From: Gemmatimonadota bacterium
Lineage (GTDB): Bacteria; Gemmatimonadota; Gemmatimonadetes; Palauibacterales; KS3-K002
Assembly: GCA_039589355.1 (NCBI GenBank)
Contig: JBDHHM010000001.1
Location: 1 to 38,045, forward strand
Direction of reading: 5' to 3'
Length of the DNA: 38,045 nt
This document shows, piece after piece, positions 9,682 to 19,750 of the stretch; position 1 is the first letter of the stretch; every line of letters starts with the position of its first letter. Position numbers and translations under genes: made by a program. The notes under the pieces are model-generated. The model saw nothing but the letters and a program-made list of their open reading frames with translations, was not told the DNA's origin and made no database searches.

Positions 9682-10227
9682 TCAACTCGGGCGCTGCGAC
9701 CGACCTTCCCGCGGTTTCCCCGGTTCCTCCCAACGAAAGACCAAGTTCGCCTTGGCAACCGCAGAGCGGAGGACTTCCACCTCACTCTGGTCGGGCAGCC
9801 GCATACGCAGCCGCTCGGCGTCGCCGGATCCCTCGATGCCAAGCAGGACCCCCTCCAGCCGCTTGGCGCCCCGCGCCAGCGGCTCGAAGCCGCGCAAGGC
9901 GATCTCACGGCCCACGGCGCGTTCGAAATCGCGCCGCTTGCGCAGCGGTCGCTCTACACCAGGCGAGGAGACCTCGAGGACGTAGCCGGAGGGCAGGCCC
10001 TCCCGAGCATCTAGGATCTCCTCGAGCTGACGGCTGACCCGCGTGCAGTCGTCCACGCTGACTCCGTGGCCCGGCTGCGAACCCGGCCGGTCGATGCGGA
10101 GGCGCAGGATCGGGCGACTACGATGCCCGACTGCTTCCAGCTCGACCAGCTCGAACCCTAGCCCTTCGAGCGCGGCCTCGACCGTTCGCTCGAGCTCCTC
10201 ATCGATCCGGCCGATACTCTGACCCAT
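9682..10227 (-). CDS. rimP: ribosome maturation factor RimP
   Basis: IDEELERTVEAALEGLGFELVELEAVGHRSRPILRLRIDRP is the typical RimP N-terminus. I chose the internal ATG 10227; the track ORF begins at GTG 10296. The rimP-nusA-infB order is conserved. Confidence 0.88.
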   Translation of the reverse strand: MGQSIGRIDEELERTVEAALEGLGFELVELEAVGHRSRPILRLRIDRPGSQPGHGVSVDDCTRVSRQLEEILDAREGLPSGYVLEVSSPGVERPLRKRRDFERAVGREIALRGFEPLARGAKRLEGVLLGIEGSGDAERLRMRLPDQSEVEVLRSAVAKANLVFRWEEPGKPREGRSQRPS

Positions 10228-10349
10228 GCTGTCTACAGTCCCGTTGCCGGGCGGGCCCCCGGCAATAAAAAAGTGGGGTAGGTACTGCGTCCCCACTGCT
10301 CAAATGACCTTGCGGCCTTAGCTTAGCGCCTCATCCCATCAGCGGCCGT

Positions 10350-10378
10350 AATATAGACGGGGTATTGTGGGAAATCAA
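10350..10378 (-). promoter_or_regulatory. sigma-70-type promoter for rimP-nusA-infB
   Basis: The minus strand reads TTGATT (10378..10373), a 17-nt spacer, then TATATT (10355..10350). The -35 overlaps the pgeF stop codon (10375..10377). Confidence 0.5.
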
Positions 10379-11130
10379 CCGGCGGGCCATCCCAGGAAAG
10401 CGCACATCCGCCGCCCCCGATCCCCTCCACGGTAGGAGAAGAAGGACCCCGTATTGCAGCGTGTACAGGCCGTTGAGGCGGTTAGCCGCTCCCCGTCGAC
10501 CCCGGCTTCTGCCAGCCCCCGGGCTATGTGGGCGCGCAGATCGACGTGCCGAGTCTCGTGCGAGCCGCCCAGAGCGGCCGGGACTTCGGGCCCTACTTCG
10601 TAACAACGCCCACATATGGCCGGCCCCAGATGGACGAAGAGCGACGCCGCGTCTGCACCCAAGCGGCGCAGCGCTTCAAGGGTCGACGCAACGACGCCCG
10701 CCGCGGTGCCACGCCACCCGGCGTGCGCCAGCCCCAGCAGCCGCCGCTTGGGATCCACCATGAAGACGGGGACGCAGTCTGCCACCGTCACCGCCAGGAG
10801 AACTCCCGGCCGGTCCGTGACGATGGCGTCACCGTGGCCCAGCACGGCAACGCCCGAGGAGTGCTGACCGCCATAGTCGACCACGTCGGCGCCGTGCACC
10901 TGGCGGCAGCGGGCGACACGGCAAATACCGGAGGAGCTTTGCAGCAGCGCCCAACCATCCGAGGTACCGCCATCCCCGTCGGCCGGGTACCTCTCCGCCG
11001 TGCCGAAATCGAACTCGACGGCGCGCCCGGTAATGCCCTGAACCAGGTCCGGGAAACGGGCCGCCCACTCGGCGTGCCTGAAGACCCGCAGTTCACCAAG
11101 CCGGGTCTCGATCTCCACACCCGAAGTCAC
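10375..11130 (-). CDS. pgeF: peptidoglycan editing factor PgeF / YfiH (DUF152, laccase-domain) family
   Basis: 251 aa. [59 protein letters not shown] and FFSYRGG are the characteristic YfiH motifs. The GTG start overlaps the murA stop (GTGA). Confidence 0.9.
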   Translation of the reverse strand: MTSGVEIETRLGELRVFRHAEWAARFPDLVQGITGRAVEFDFGTAERYPADGDGGTSDGWALLQSSSGICRVARCRQVHGADVVDYGGQHSSGVAVLGHGDAIVTDRPGVLLAVTVADCVPVFMVDPKRRLLGLAHAGWRGTAAGVVASTLEALRRLGADAASLFVHLGPAICGRCYEVGPEVPAALGGSHETRHVDLRAHIARGLAEAGVDGERLTASTACTRCNTGSFFSYRGGDRGRRMCAFLGWPAG

Positions 11131-12401
11131 TCGACGCGTTCGATCGCGGCACCGAGCGCCCGCAGCCGCTCGTCGATGCGCTCGTACCCGCGCTCGATCT
11201 GACCGATGTTGTTGATCTTGCTGCGCCCCTGGGCGCCGAGTGCGGCGATCAGGATGGCCATGCCGGCACGGATGTCGGGGCTTTCAACGGTTGAACCCCG
11301 CAGCGTTGTGGGCCCCACGACCACCGCACGGTGTGGGTCGCAGATGATGATCCGGGCGCCCATCGCTGTTAGCTTGTCGGCGAAGAACATCCGCGATTCG
11401 AACATCTTCTCGTGGATCAGGACGGTACCGCGACACTGCGTGGCCAAGACGAGTGCGATGCTGATCAGGTCGGCCGGGAAGAGCGGCCAGGGTCCGTCGT
11501 CGATCTTCGGGATCTGCTGGCCGATGTCCATGCGGACCTCCAACGACTGCTCCGCCGGCACCCGCAGCGTCCGCCCCTCGAGCTCGCAGAAGACGCCGAG
11601 CCGCTCGAACATGATCCGCATGCTCGAGAGGTGGCTGGGCTCGACATCGCCGATGGTGAGCTCGCTGCGCGTGACTGCCGCTAGGCCGACAAACGAGCCT
11701 ACCTCGATGTGGTCCGGGCTCACCTCGGCGCTCGCTCCACCCAGCCGTTCAACACCTTCGACACGCAGTTCGCCGGTCCCGATTCCCGATATGCGGGCGC
11801 CCATTGCGCTCAGCAGCCTGCATAGATCCTGGACGTGGGGCTCCGAGGCGGCGTTGCGCAGCACCGTTGTCCCCTCGGCCAAAGCGGCCGCCATGATGGC
11901 GTTCTCGGTGCCGGTGACACTGGGCTCGTCCAGGAAGATCTCGGCACCGCGCAGCTTGCCGCGAAGCATGAACTCGTCGCCCAGCTCGACCTCGGCGCCC
12001 AGCTTCCGCAGCGTGTCGAAATGTGTGTCGAGGCGCCGCCGACCGATAACGTCTCCGCCCGGTGGCGGCAGCCGAAGCTGGCCGCTGCGGGCAAGCATTG
12101 GCCCGGCCAGCAGGATCGAAGCGCGGATCCGGGCGGCAAGCTCGGGCTCCAGTGCCGCCGAGCGGACATCGGCGGCATGCAACGTCAGCGCGCCGGGGGC
12201 CGTCCACTCACAGTCGACGCCCAGCGCACCAAGCAGCTCGAGCATCGTGTGGACGTCCCGTATGTCCGGCAGATTGGCCAGGCGAACCGGCTCGTCGGTG
12301 AGCAGCGCCGCCGCCATCATCGGCAGCGCCGCGTTCTTGTTGCCCGCCGGCCGTACGTGACCGTGGAGGCCGTGACCGCCTTCGACTATGAAACTGCTCA
12401 T
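11127..12401 (-). CDS. murA: UDP-N-acetylglucosamine 1-carboxyvinyltransferase
   Basis: 424 aa. [47 protein letters not shown] and the C-terminal [14 protein letters not shown] are typical of MurA. Confidence 0.97.
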   Translation of the reverse strand: MSSFIVEGGHGLHGHVRPAGNKNAALPMMAAALLTDEPVRLANLPDIRDVHTMLELLGALGVDCEWTAPGALTLHAADVRSAALEPELAARIRASILLAGPMLARSGQLRLPPPGGDVIGRRRLDTHFDTLRKLGAEVELGDEFMLRGKLRGAEIFLDEPSVTGTENAIMAAALAEGTTVLRNAASEPHVQDLCRLLSAMGARISGIGTGELRVEGVERLGGASAEVSPDHIEVGSFVGLAAVTRSELTIGDVEPSHLSSMRIMFERLGVFCELEGRTLRVPAEQSLEVRMDIGQQIPKIDDGPWPLFPADLISIALVLATQCRGTVLIHEKMFESRMFFADKLTAMGARIIICDPHRAVVVGPTTLRGSTVESPDIRAGMAILIAALGAQGRSKINNIGQIERGYERIDERLRALGAAIERVE

Positions 12402-12409
12402 CGACGGCC

Positions 12410-12439
12410 AAGTTAGGCCAAGACGCTCTCAGCCGTCAA
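12410..12439 (-). promoter_or_regulatory. candidate murA promoter (would give a near-leaderless mRNA)
   Basis: The minus strand reads TTGACG (12439..12434), an 18-nt spacer, then TAACTT (12415..12410). Only 8 nt separate the -10 from the murA ATG (12401). Confidence 0.3.
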
Positions 12440-12446
12440 TCGCAGC

Positions 12447-12476
12447 TTGACACCGTCGCCCACCCGTGGCTATGTG
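12447..12476 (+). promoter_or_regulatory. candidate promoter of the ptsN operon
   Basis: TTGACA (12447..12452), an 18-nt spacer, then TATGTG (12471..12476). It lies back to back with the murA candidate; the two -35 boxes are 7 nt apart. Confidence 0.35.
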
Positions 12477-12504
12477 AATGGCGGCTCGCAAACGGTAGAA
12501 GGAC

Positions 12505-12969
12505 ATGAAGCTGCATAATCTCTTGAGACCCGAGCTGGTCATTCTCGACCTGCAGAACGACGGTGTCGAGAACACCCTGCGCGACATGGTGAGCAACCTA
12601 GCCGAGCAGGGATTGGTGAAAGAGGAGCACCTCGTACTCGACGCACTGCTCAAGCGCGAGGCGGACCAGTCAACCGGGATCGGCGGCGGCGTCGCGATCC
12701 CACACGCCGTCTATCCCGAGCTCAGCTCGACCATAATCGAACTGGCGTTTTCCCGTCAGGGTATAGACTTCCTCTCAATCGACGAGAAACCGGTCCACAC
12801 CGTCTTCCTTCTCCTGTCACCGCCGGCCAACAGCGGGACGCACATCAAGCTGCTGGCGCGGATCGCGCGCCTGATGCGGCAGCCGGACATCCTGGGCGAG
12901 CTCTTGAGCGCTACCAGCGCCGAGGAAGTGATCGACAGGATCCGGCAGTTCGATGAGCAACACCCCTAA
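12505..12969 (+). CDS. ptsN: PTS EIIA-type-2 domain protein (nitrogen-PTS EIIA, PtsN-like)
   Basis: 154 aa. LKREADQSTGIGGGVAIPHA carries the phosphorylatable His in the canonical EIIA-Ntr context. It is followed by VHTVFLLLSP...HIKLLARIARL. Confidence 0.85.
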   Translation: MKLHNLLRPELVILDLQNDGVENTLRDMVSNLAEQGLVKEEHLVLDALLKREADQSTGIGGGVAIPHAVYPELSSTIIELAFSRQGIDFLSIDEKPVHTVFLLLSPPANSGTHIKLLARIARLMRQPDILGELLSATSAEEVIDRIRQFDEQHP

Positions 12970-13351
12970 TCACCGGCGACAGGCGAACAGGTCCATGCAA
13001 CTCCTCGTGGCCGTGATCAACCAGCCGGAAGCACTCGACGACATCCTGTCGGGATTTCTCGAGCTGGGTATCACCGGCGCCACGATCATCAACAGCGAGG
13101 GGATGGCACACGTCCTCACCCACGACATCCCCCTGTTCGCCGGCATCCAGACATTGATATCGCGATCGCGGGCGCAAAATTACACGATCTTCAGCGTCAT
13201 CGACGAACAAGAAAAGGTGGATGCCGCGTTCGCGGTCATTCAGGACGTGTGTGGCAGCCTGCACGAGCCGGGCACGGGCATCATGTTCACCATCCCGGTA
13301 ACTCGAGTAATCGGCGTCGCGCCCGAGCTGGGAGAAGACTCGGACCTGTGA
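12953..13351 (+). CDS. PII-like (GlnB-fold) small regulatory protein, divergent
   Basis: 132 aa. MQLLVAVINQPEALDDILSGFLELGITGATIINSEG, a long loop, NYTIFSVIDEQEKVDAAFAVIQDV, then GTGIMFTIPVTRVIGV follow the beta-alpha-beta x2 pattern of GlnB. The call is based on pattern only. An alternative start at ATG 12995 would put beta-1 at the N-terminus. The stop overlaps the next gene's start. Confidence 0.55.
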   Translation: MSNTPNHRRQANRSMQLLVAVINQPEALDDILSGFLELGITGATIINSEGMAHVLTHDIPLFAGIQTLISRSRAQNYTIFSVIDEQEKVDAAFAVIQDVCGSLHEPGTGIMFTIPVTRVIGVAPELGEDSDL

Positions 13352-14595
13352 ACCCGATTGTCGTTGTACTGCTCCTGGCACTGATCGGTTTGCTGGGCGC
13401 CCAGCTAACCTTCGCCAGGCGCGACGTAGCGTTGGGCCCGCAGATCTCGATAGCTATCGGACTGCCGTTCCTCTTCGTCGGATTCGCCCTCGGCCCGCAC
13501 CTGCTGGAGATCCTCTCGGATGATATCGTCGATCGACTCAACCCATTACTCGCACTCGGCCTGGGGTGGATCGGCGTGCTCTTCGGCCTACAGCTCGACC
13601 GGGACCACCTGCGCCAGTTTCCAACGCGCTACCTGGCACTTGCCTGGCTGCAGGCGGCCGTGGCGTTCGGCATCGTCTTCCTGATCGGCTATCTGCTCGC
13701 CGACGCCTGGTTTTCGCTCAGCCTGGAGGTCGTCGTTCTGGTGGCGGCCGCGACGGCCTGTGTGTCGACGCCGGCCGCGATCGCGCTCATATCGAACACG
13801 TACAGGACGCGGGGACGGGTCACGCGGTTCCTGTTCTACGTCGCCAGCCTGGACGCGGCGGTGGGGATCGTCGCTCTCGGGCTCACGCACTCGGCCCACC
13901 ATAGCGGCGTGCTGGGAGGCGGGAACGCCTTGTCGCTGGTTGAATGGTTCGCCTTCTCGGTTCTGCTGGGGCTGTTCTTCGGCATACTCTTTCTGTCGCT
14001 GACGCGGATCCGACCTCGTACCCAGGAGTTGCTGCTTCTGTTGATCGGCCTGGTCTTGTTCGCGGCAGGCACCGCGTTCTATCTGTCGCTGTCCCCTCTC
14101 TTCATCTGCATGATCGCGGGCGTGGTGATCGGCAACCTGTCACCGATGCGCCGAAGGGTTTACGCGGCGTTGTCGCAATGGGAGAAACCGATCTATATCA
14201 TCATGCTGGTGCTGGCGGGTGCGCTTCTCGAGTTCTCGTCGTGGTGGATTCCCCCGCTGGTCGCCGCGTACGTCGGCCTGCGAATACTCGCCAAGTGGAT
14301 GGGTGGCCTGCTGGCCTCGAAACTGCGTCCCCGAGACCTCAACCTACCCGGCACCTTTGGCCTCGCGCTCACACCGCAGGGAGGGATCTCACTGGCCATA
14401 GCTATTTCGTTCGTCCTTATCTACAATCCACCAGGACTCGAACTGTCGACCGCGATCACAGTATTCTTCGCTACCGTCGTAATCGCCGTGGGTATTAGCG
14501 ATCTGATCGGGCCGTTCTTGGTTCGGGCGGTGCTCGAGCGGGCCGGCGAGCTTGACCGTCGGTTGGCGAGCGCCGGTGCTGCGGCTGTCGACTAG
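13348..14595 (+). CDS. cation:proton antiporter (Na+/H+-exchanger family, Kef-like CPA2 membrane domain, no KTN/RCK domain)
   Basis: I chose the GTG at 13348, which forms a GTGA overlap with the upstream stop. The part of the track ORF upstream of it overlaps the PII-like gene in another frame. About 415 aa, polytopic. CVSTPAAIALIS, ASLDAAVGIV, FICMIAGVVIGN and LTPQGGISLAIA resemble conserved CPA/Kef segments. Confidence 0.82.
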   Translation: MNPIVVVLLLALIGLLGAQLTFARRDVALGPQISIAIGLPFLFVGFALGPHLLEILSDDIVDRLNPLLALGLGWIGVLFGLQLDRDHLRQFPTRYLALAWLQAAVAFGIVFLIGYLLADAWFSLSLEVVVLVAAATACVSTPAAIALISNTYRTRGRVTRFLFYVASLDAAVGIVALGLTHSAHHSGVLGGGNALSLVEWFAFSVLLGLFFGILFLSLTRIRPRTQELLLLLIGLVLFAAGTAFYLSLSPLFICMIAGVVIGNLSPMRRRVYAALSQWEKPIYIIMLVLAGALLEFSSWWIPPLVAAYVGLRILAKWMGGLLASKLRPRDLNLPGTFGLALTPQGGISLAIAISFVLIYNPPGLELSTAITVFFATVVIAVGISDLIGPFLVRAVLERAGELDRRLASAGAAAVD

Positions 14596-14610
14596 CGCAG
14601 GAGGGGTGAC

Positions 14611-15081
14611 GTGGATGATTGGCTGGGCATAACGATTCGGATTGTAGGAATCGTGGCGGTGCTGGTCTTGGGCATCGGGATGATCGTACTTGCCTGGGCC
14701 GTCAATAAAGTAACGCGCCGCCTGCGCAGTGTGGACAAGGCGCTCAACGAGATCGGGCGCGACGCCAGACCCGTTCTCGATCGCGCGCGAGCCGTCGGCG
14801 AGAATCTGAACTTCATCGTCATGTCGGTCCGCAAAGAGGTCGACCGGGTTAGCGAGACTATATCAGTCGCCAACGACCGGCTCGAAGATGCGCTGGAAGC
14901 AGCGGAGGGGCGCGTCCAGGAACTGGGCGCGCTAATCGATGTCGTTCAAGGCGAGGTCGAAGACACGCTGCTGACCGCCACATCGGCGCTGCGCGGGATC
15001 CGCACCGGCGCGCGGATACTGCGCCGCGGCGGTGGCCGGAACGAAGACGAGGTCGCCGAAGTAGAAGACGAGGAGGAGTGA
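14611..15081 (+). CDS. DUF948-like membrane-anchored coiled-coil protein
   Basis: 156 aa. N-terminal TM (ITIRIVGIVAVLVLGIGMIVLAWAV), then helical repeats (LRSVDKALNEIGRDARPVLDRARAVGENLNFIV) and an acidic tail. GTG start preceded by a GGAGGGG SD. Confidence 0.65.
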   Translation: MDDWLGITIRIVGIVAVLVLGIGMIVLAWAVNKVTRRLRSVDKALNEIGRDARPVLDRARAVGENLNFIVMSVRKEVDRVSETISVANDRLEDALEAAEGRVQELGALIDVVQGEVEDTLLTATSALRGIRTGARILRRGGGRNEDEVAEVEDEEE

Positions 15082-15087
15082 TCGGGG

Positions 15088-15456
15088 ATGGCCGGTGAGG
15101 CGCGGCCCGCGGAGGACAGCTCCGAGACGATCGGCCGAGGCGAACCCGTCCGGTACCTCCTCGCCCTCACGATCGGCGCCCTGGTTGGCGCCGGTCTGGC
15201 CTCGACATGGGTACCAGAGCGCCCACGGCGCAGGCTGCCCGCGATAGCGGCGAAGCGCTATCGTCGCGTCAGGCGTGCCGGTTCAGCAGCGCTCGAAGAG
15301 ATCCGGGAGGCGGGCCGCGAGCTGAGCGGCGAGTTCCGGGAGGAACTCGGCGCCACTCTGGAGGCCGCCCGAGAGGAGTTCCGAGACATGGCTCGTCAGC
15401 AGCTCGAGCAGGCAGGGAAGGCTCTGCGCCGGGACCGTAGCGTACGAGAGGGCTGA
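15088..15456 (+). CDS. YtxH-like protein
   Basis: 122 aa. LLALTIGALVGAGLASTWVPERPRRR matches the YtxH N-terminal helix motif (G..GA..G...AP...). It is followed by an amphipathic helical segment. Confidence 0.6.
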   Translation: MAGEARPAEDSSETIGRGEPVRYLLALTIGALVGAGLASTWVPERPRRRLPAIAAKRYRRVRRAGSAALEEIREAGRELSGEFREELGATLEAAREEFRDMARQQLEQAGKALRRDRSVREG

Positions 15457-15464
15457 GCCCCCGC

Positions 15465-16483
15465 ATGGGCTGGCTGAAAATCCTGGTCCTCGCAGGCCTG
15501 GCGATCCTGCTCGTACCCGAGCCGGCCTGGGCTTGGGGCCCGGGGATGCACATCCTGGTCGGCACCGAACTGCTCGGCGCGCTGGCGCTGTTGCCGACGG
15601 CGATCGCCGAAATCCTGCGTTGGTATCCCCTAGACTTCCTCTACGGCTCAATCGCTGCTGACATAAGCTTCGGCAAGAAGTACGCGCCCGTCGGACGAAA
15701 CTGCCACCACTGGCACGTTGGAGAGGAGCTCTTCGAGGCCGCAGATACCGATGCGACGCGCGCCTGCGCACTCGGCTACCTGACGCATCTGGCCGGTGAC
15801 ACGATCGCTCACAACTTCTTCCTGCCCCGCAAGCTGCTAACATCGGCGAACACCCAGGCGATCGGGCATTCATATTGGGAACACCGGATGGACATCCACC
15901 TGGGTCAGGCGTACTTGAGAGCAGCGTTCCATTTGCTCAAGGACTTCGATCACTCTCACAACGACCGGCTGATGGACCGCGTGTTGGATCGCACCGTCTT
16001 CAGCTTCCAGACGAACCGCCTGATATTCAAAGGGATGATCACACTCGCCGACCACGACGGCTGGCGTGCGATGTTCGATCGCGTACTCGATTACTCTCGC
16101 TGGGATGTCGAAGACCGGGAGGTCGGAACCTGGCTGCGTTACACGTTCGACTTCGCAGCCGACTACTTGATCAAGCGCAAGGAATCAGCCGCCGCCTTTC
16201 TCGATCCGACCGGCGCGCGCGCACTAGGCGAAGCGAAGATGCTGAACCGCACGCACGGCGGCAAAAAAGCGAGCCGGCAGGATGAGCTCGTCGAACTTGC
16301 TGATGAGTGGTTCGGGCTGCCGGACGAACCTCCCGGGTGGTGGGAGCAGCGACTGGCTGCGGAAGGGGTGTGGATCGATCTCGTCCACCTGAAGGCGATC
16401 TTGATGAGGCCCAAGCAGAGCACTCTCGTGAGACGGGCGAAGAACGGCGTCAGGAGGGGTAAGAAGAAGGCGCCTCTGCGCGG

Positions 16484-16487
<4 letters not shown>
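15465..16487 (+). CDS. zinc-dependent phospholipase C-like family protein, secreted or membrane-associated
   Basis: 340 aa. Signal-like N-terminus LKILVLAGLAILLVPEPAWAWG. His-rich motifs WGPGMH, HHWH and YLTHLAGDTIAHNFF are typical of the Zn_dep_PLPC family. Confidence 0.65.
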
Positions 16488-17938
<1,451 letters not shown>

Positions 17939-19411
17939 CTACCCTTCCTCCGACCACGCGGCGTCACCGACCGCGCGCTCCAGCGCATGGGCTGCACTCA
18001 GAAGCGTAACCTCATCGAACTGTCGCGCGAGGAGCTGGCCACCCACCGGCAGGCCCTCCACCCGGCCGACGGGGATGGATACGGCGGGCACGCGCGCCAG
18101 GTTGGCCGTCACGGTAAACACGTCCGAGAGGTACATCGCTACCGGGTCATCGATCCGCTCCCCAAGGCGGAACGCCACCGTGGGGGCGGTAGGCGTGAAG
18201 ATCACGTCTACACCACCGGCGAAGGCTCGCTCGAAGTCCCGGGCGATCAAACTGCGCACTCGCTGCCCGGTGCCGTAGTACGCGTCGTAATAGCCGGCGG
18301 ATAGACCGTAGGTGCCCAGCACTATCCGCCGCTTGACCTCACGACCGAAGCCCGCCCCGCGCGTCTCGCGATACACGGCGATCGTGCTCTGCGCGCCCGG
18401 CGCTCTCATTCCGTAGCGCAACCCGTCATAGCGCGCGAGGTTGCTGGACGCTTCGGCGTTCGCCACGAGGTAGTAGGCGGGGACCGCATAGCCGGTGTGA
18501 GGGAGAGAGATCTCCCGGACCTCCGCGCCCAGTCGCTCGAGCCGCTCCAGCGCAGCGCGACAGGCGGCGGCAACTCCCGGATCGAGATCGTCCGGGAAGT
18601 ACTCCCTGGGTACCCCCACAACGAGGCCCTCGGGGCCCTCGCCCAGCGCGTCGTGGTAGGCCGGTACGGGAAGATCGGCGGAAGTGGAGTCGAAGCGATC
18701 GACCCCGGCGATGACGCTCAGCAGCATCGCGACGTCCTCGACATTGCGAGCCAGGGGGCCTATCTGATCCAGGCTCGAAGCGAAGGCGACCAACCCGTAG
18801 CGACTCACCCGGCCGTAGGTGGGCTTCAACCCGACGACGCCGCAAAACGAAGCGGGCTGCCGCACCGAGCCACCGGTATCAGAGCCGAGGGCCAGTGGCA
18901 CGAGGCCTGCCGCCAGCGCCGCCGCCGACCCACCGGAGCTACCGCCGGGGACTCGCTCCGGGTCCAGGGGATTCCGCGTTGGGCCGAACCCGCTGTTCTC
19001 CGTCGACGAGCCCATGGCAAACTCGTCGAGGTTCGTCTTACCGACGATCAGGGCGCCCGCCGCCTTCAGCCTGCGCACTACCGTCGCCTCGTACGGCGCG
19101 ACATAGTCTTCCAGGATCCTGGATCCGCAACTCGTCGGTAAGCTTGCAGTGCAGATGTTGTCTTTGACCGCGACGGGGATTCCGGCGAGTGGGCCGACCT
19201 CATCGCCGTCGTCGAGTGCGCGATCCAGGTCGGCCGCCTGCGTCAACAGATCCTCGCCGGCCACCGACAGGAAGGCACCGAGCGGCGGCTCTGAGGCATC
19301 TGAGCCCGCGATGGCCTGCAGTGCCGACCGCAGAAGCTCGTCGACCCGAAGACGCCGCGATCGCAGAGCCTCTTGAAGCTCGCGGACACCCGGTCTCGTC
19401 GATCCTGGCAT
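17939..19411 (-). CDS. gatA: Asp-tRNA(Asn)/Glu-tRNA(Gln) amidotransferase subunit A
   Basis: 490 aa. Amidase signature [51 protein letters not shown]. Confidence 0.97.
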   Translation of the reverse strand: MPGSTRPGVRELQEALRSRRLRVDELLRSALQAIAGSDASEPPLGAFLSVAGEDLLTQAADLDRALDDGDEVGPLAGIPVAVKDNICTASLPTSCGSRILEDYVAPYEATVVRRLKAAGALIVGKTNLDEFAMGSSTENSGFGPTRNPLDPERVPGGSSGGSAAALAAGLVPLALGSDTGGSVRQPASFCGVVGLKPTYGRVSRYGLVAFASSLDQIGPLARNVEDVAMLLSVIAGVDRFDSTSADLPVPAYHDALGEGPEGLVVGVPREYFPDDLDPGVAAACRAALERLERLGAEVREISLPHTGYAVPAYYLVANAEASSNLARYDGLRYGMRAPGAQSTIAVYRETRGAGFGREVKRRIVLGTYGLSAGYYDAYYGTGQRVRSLIARDFERAFAGGVDVIFTPTAPTVAFRLGERIDDPVAMYLSDVFTVTANLARVPAVSIPVGRVEGLPVGGQLLARQFDEVTLLSAAHALERAVGDAAWSEEG

Positions 19412-19429
19412 CGAGGTTCGCCTCGCGCT

Positions 19430-19750
19430 TTACGCCTCGCTGTCGTCGTCCACGCTTTCGGCGTCGAGCGCCGGCAACCGTGGTAACACGAAGTAGCCTT
19501 CTCTCCACTCCGGCGCCATCTCCGCCGGCGGTCGCTCGAGCCGATCGTGCTCGGCCTGATCGTCACGGGCCGGTGCCGGGTGCTCCAAAGCACCCGCGGG
19601 AGTCGCTCCTTCGACGTCGACGTCGCGGATCGCCTCGAAGAACTCGAGGATCGATCCGCAGTCGTCGGTCAGAGCATCAAGCTCGGCTTGGTCCAATTCG
19701 AGCCGAGCGAGTGCTGCGACCTTCTCAACATCCGTGCGCTTGATCGTCAT
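19430..19750 (-). CDS. gatC: Asp-tRNA(Asn)/Glu-tRNA(Gln) amidotransferase subunit C
   Basis: 106 aa. DVEKVAALARLELDQAELDALTDDCGSILEFFEAI is the typical GatC N-terminus. It sits immediately upstream of gatA. Confidence 0.9.
   Translation of the reverse strand: MTIKRTDVEKVAALARLELDQAELDALTDDCGSILEFFEAIRDVDVEGATPAGALEHPAPARDDQAEHDRLERPPAEMAPEWREGYFVLPRLPALDAESVDDDSEA

Noticed and set aside
11206-12360. 384-aa plus-strand ORF
   Set aside because: It is antisense to the clearly recognisable murA. The Ser/Arg/Pro/Ala-rich low-complexity translation marks it as a shadow ORF.
13249-13347. Upstream 33 codons of the antiporter ORF (track start 13249)
   Set aside because: They overlap the 3' end of the PII-like gene. 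The hydrophobic TM1 starts right at GTG 13348, which forms a GTGA stop/start overlap.
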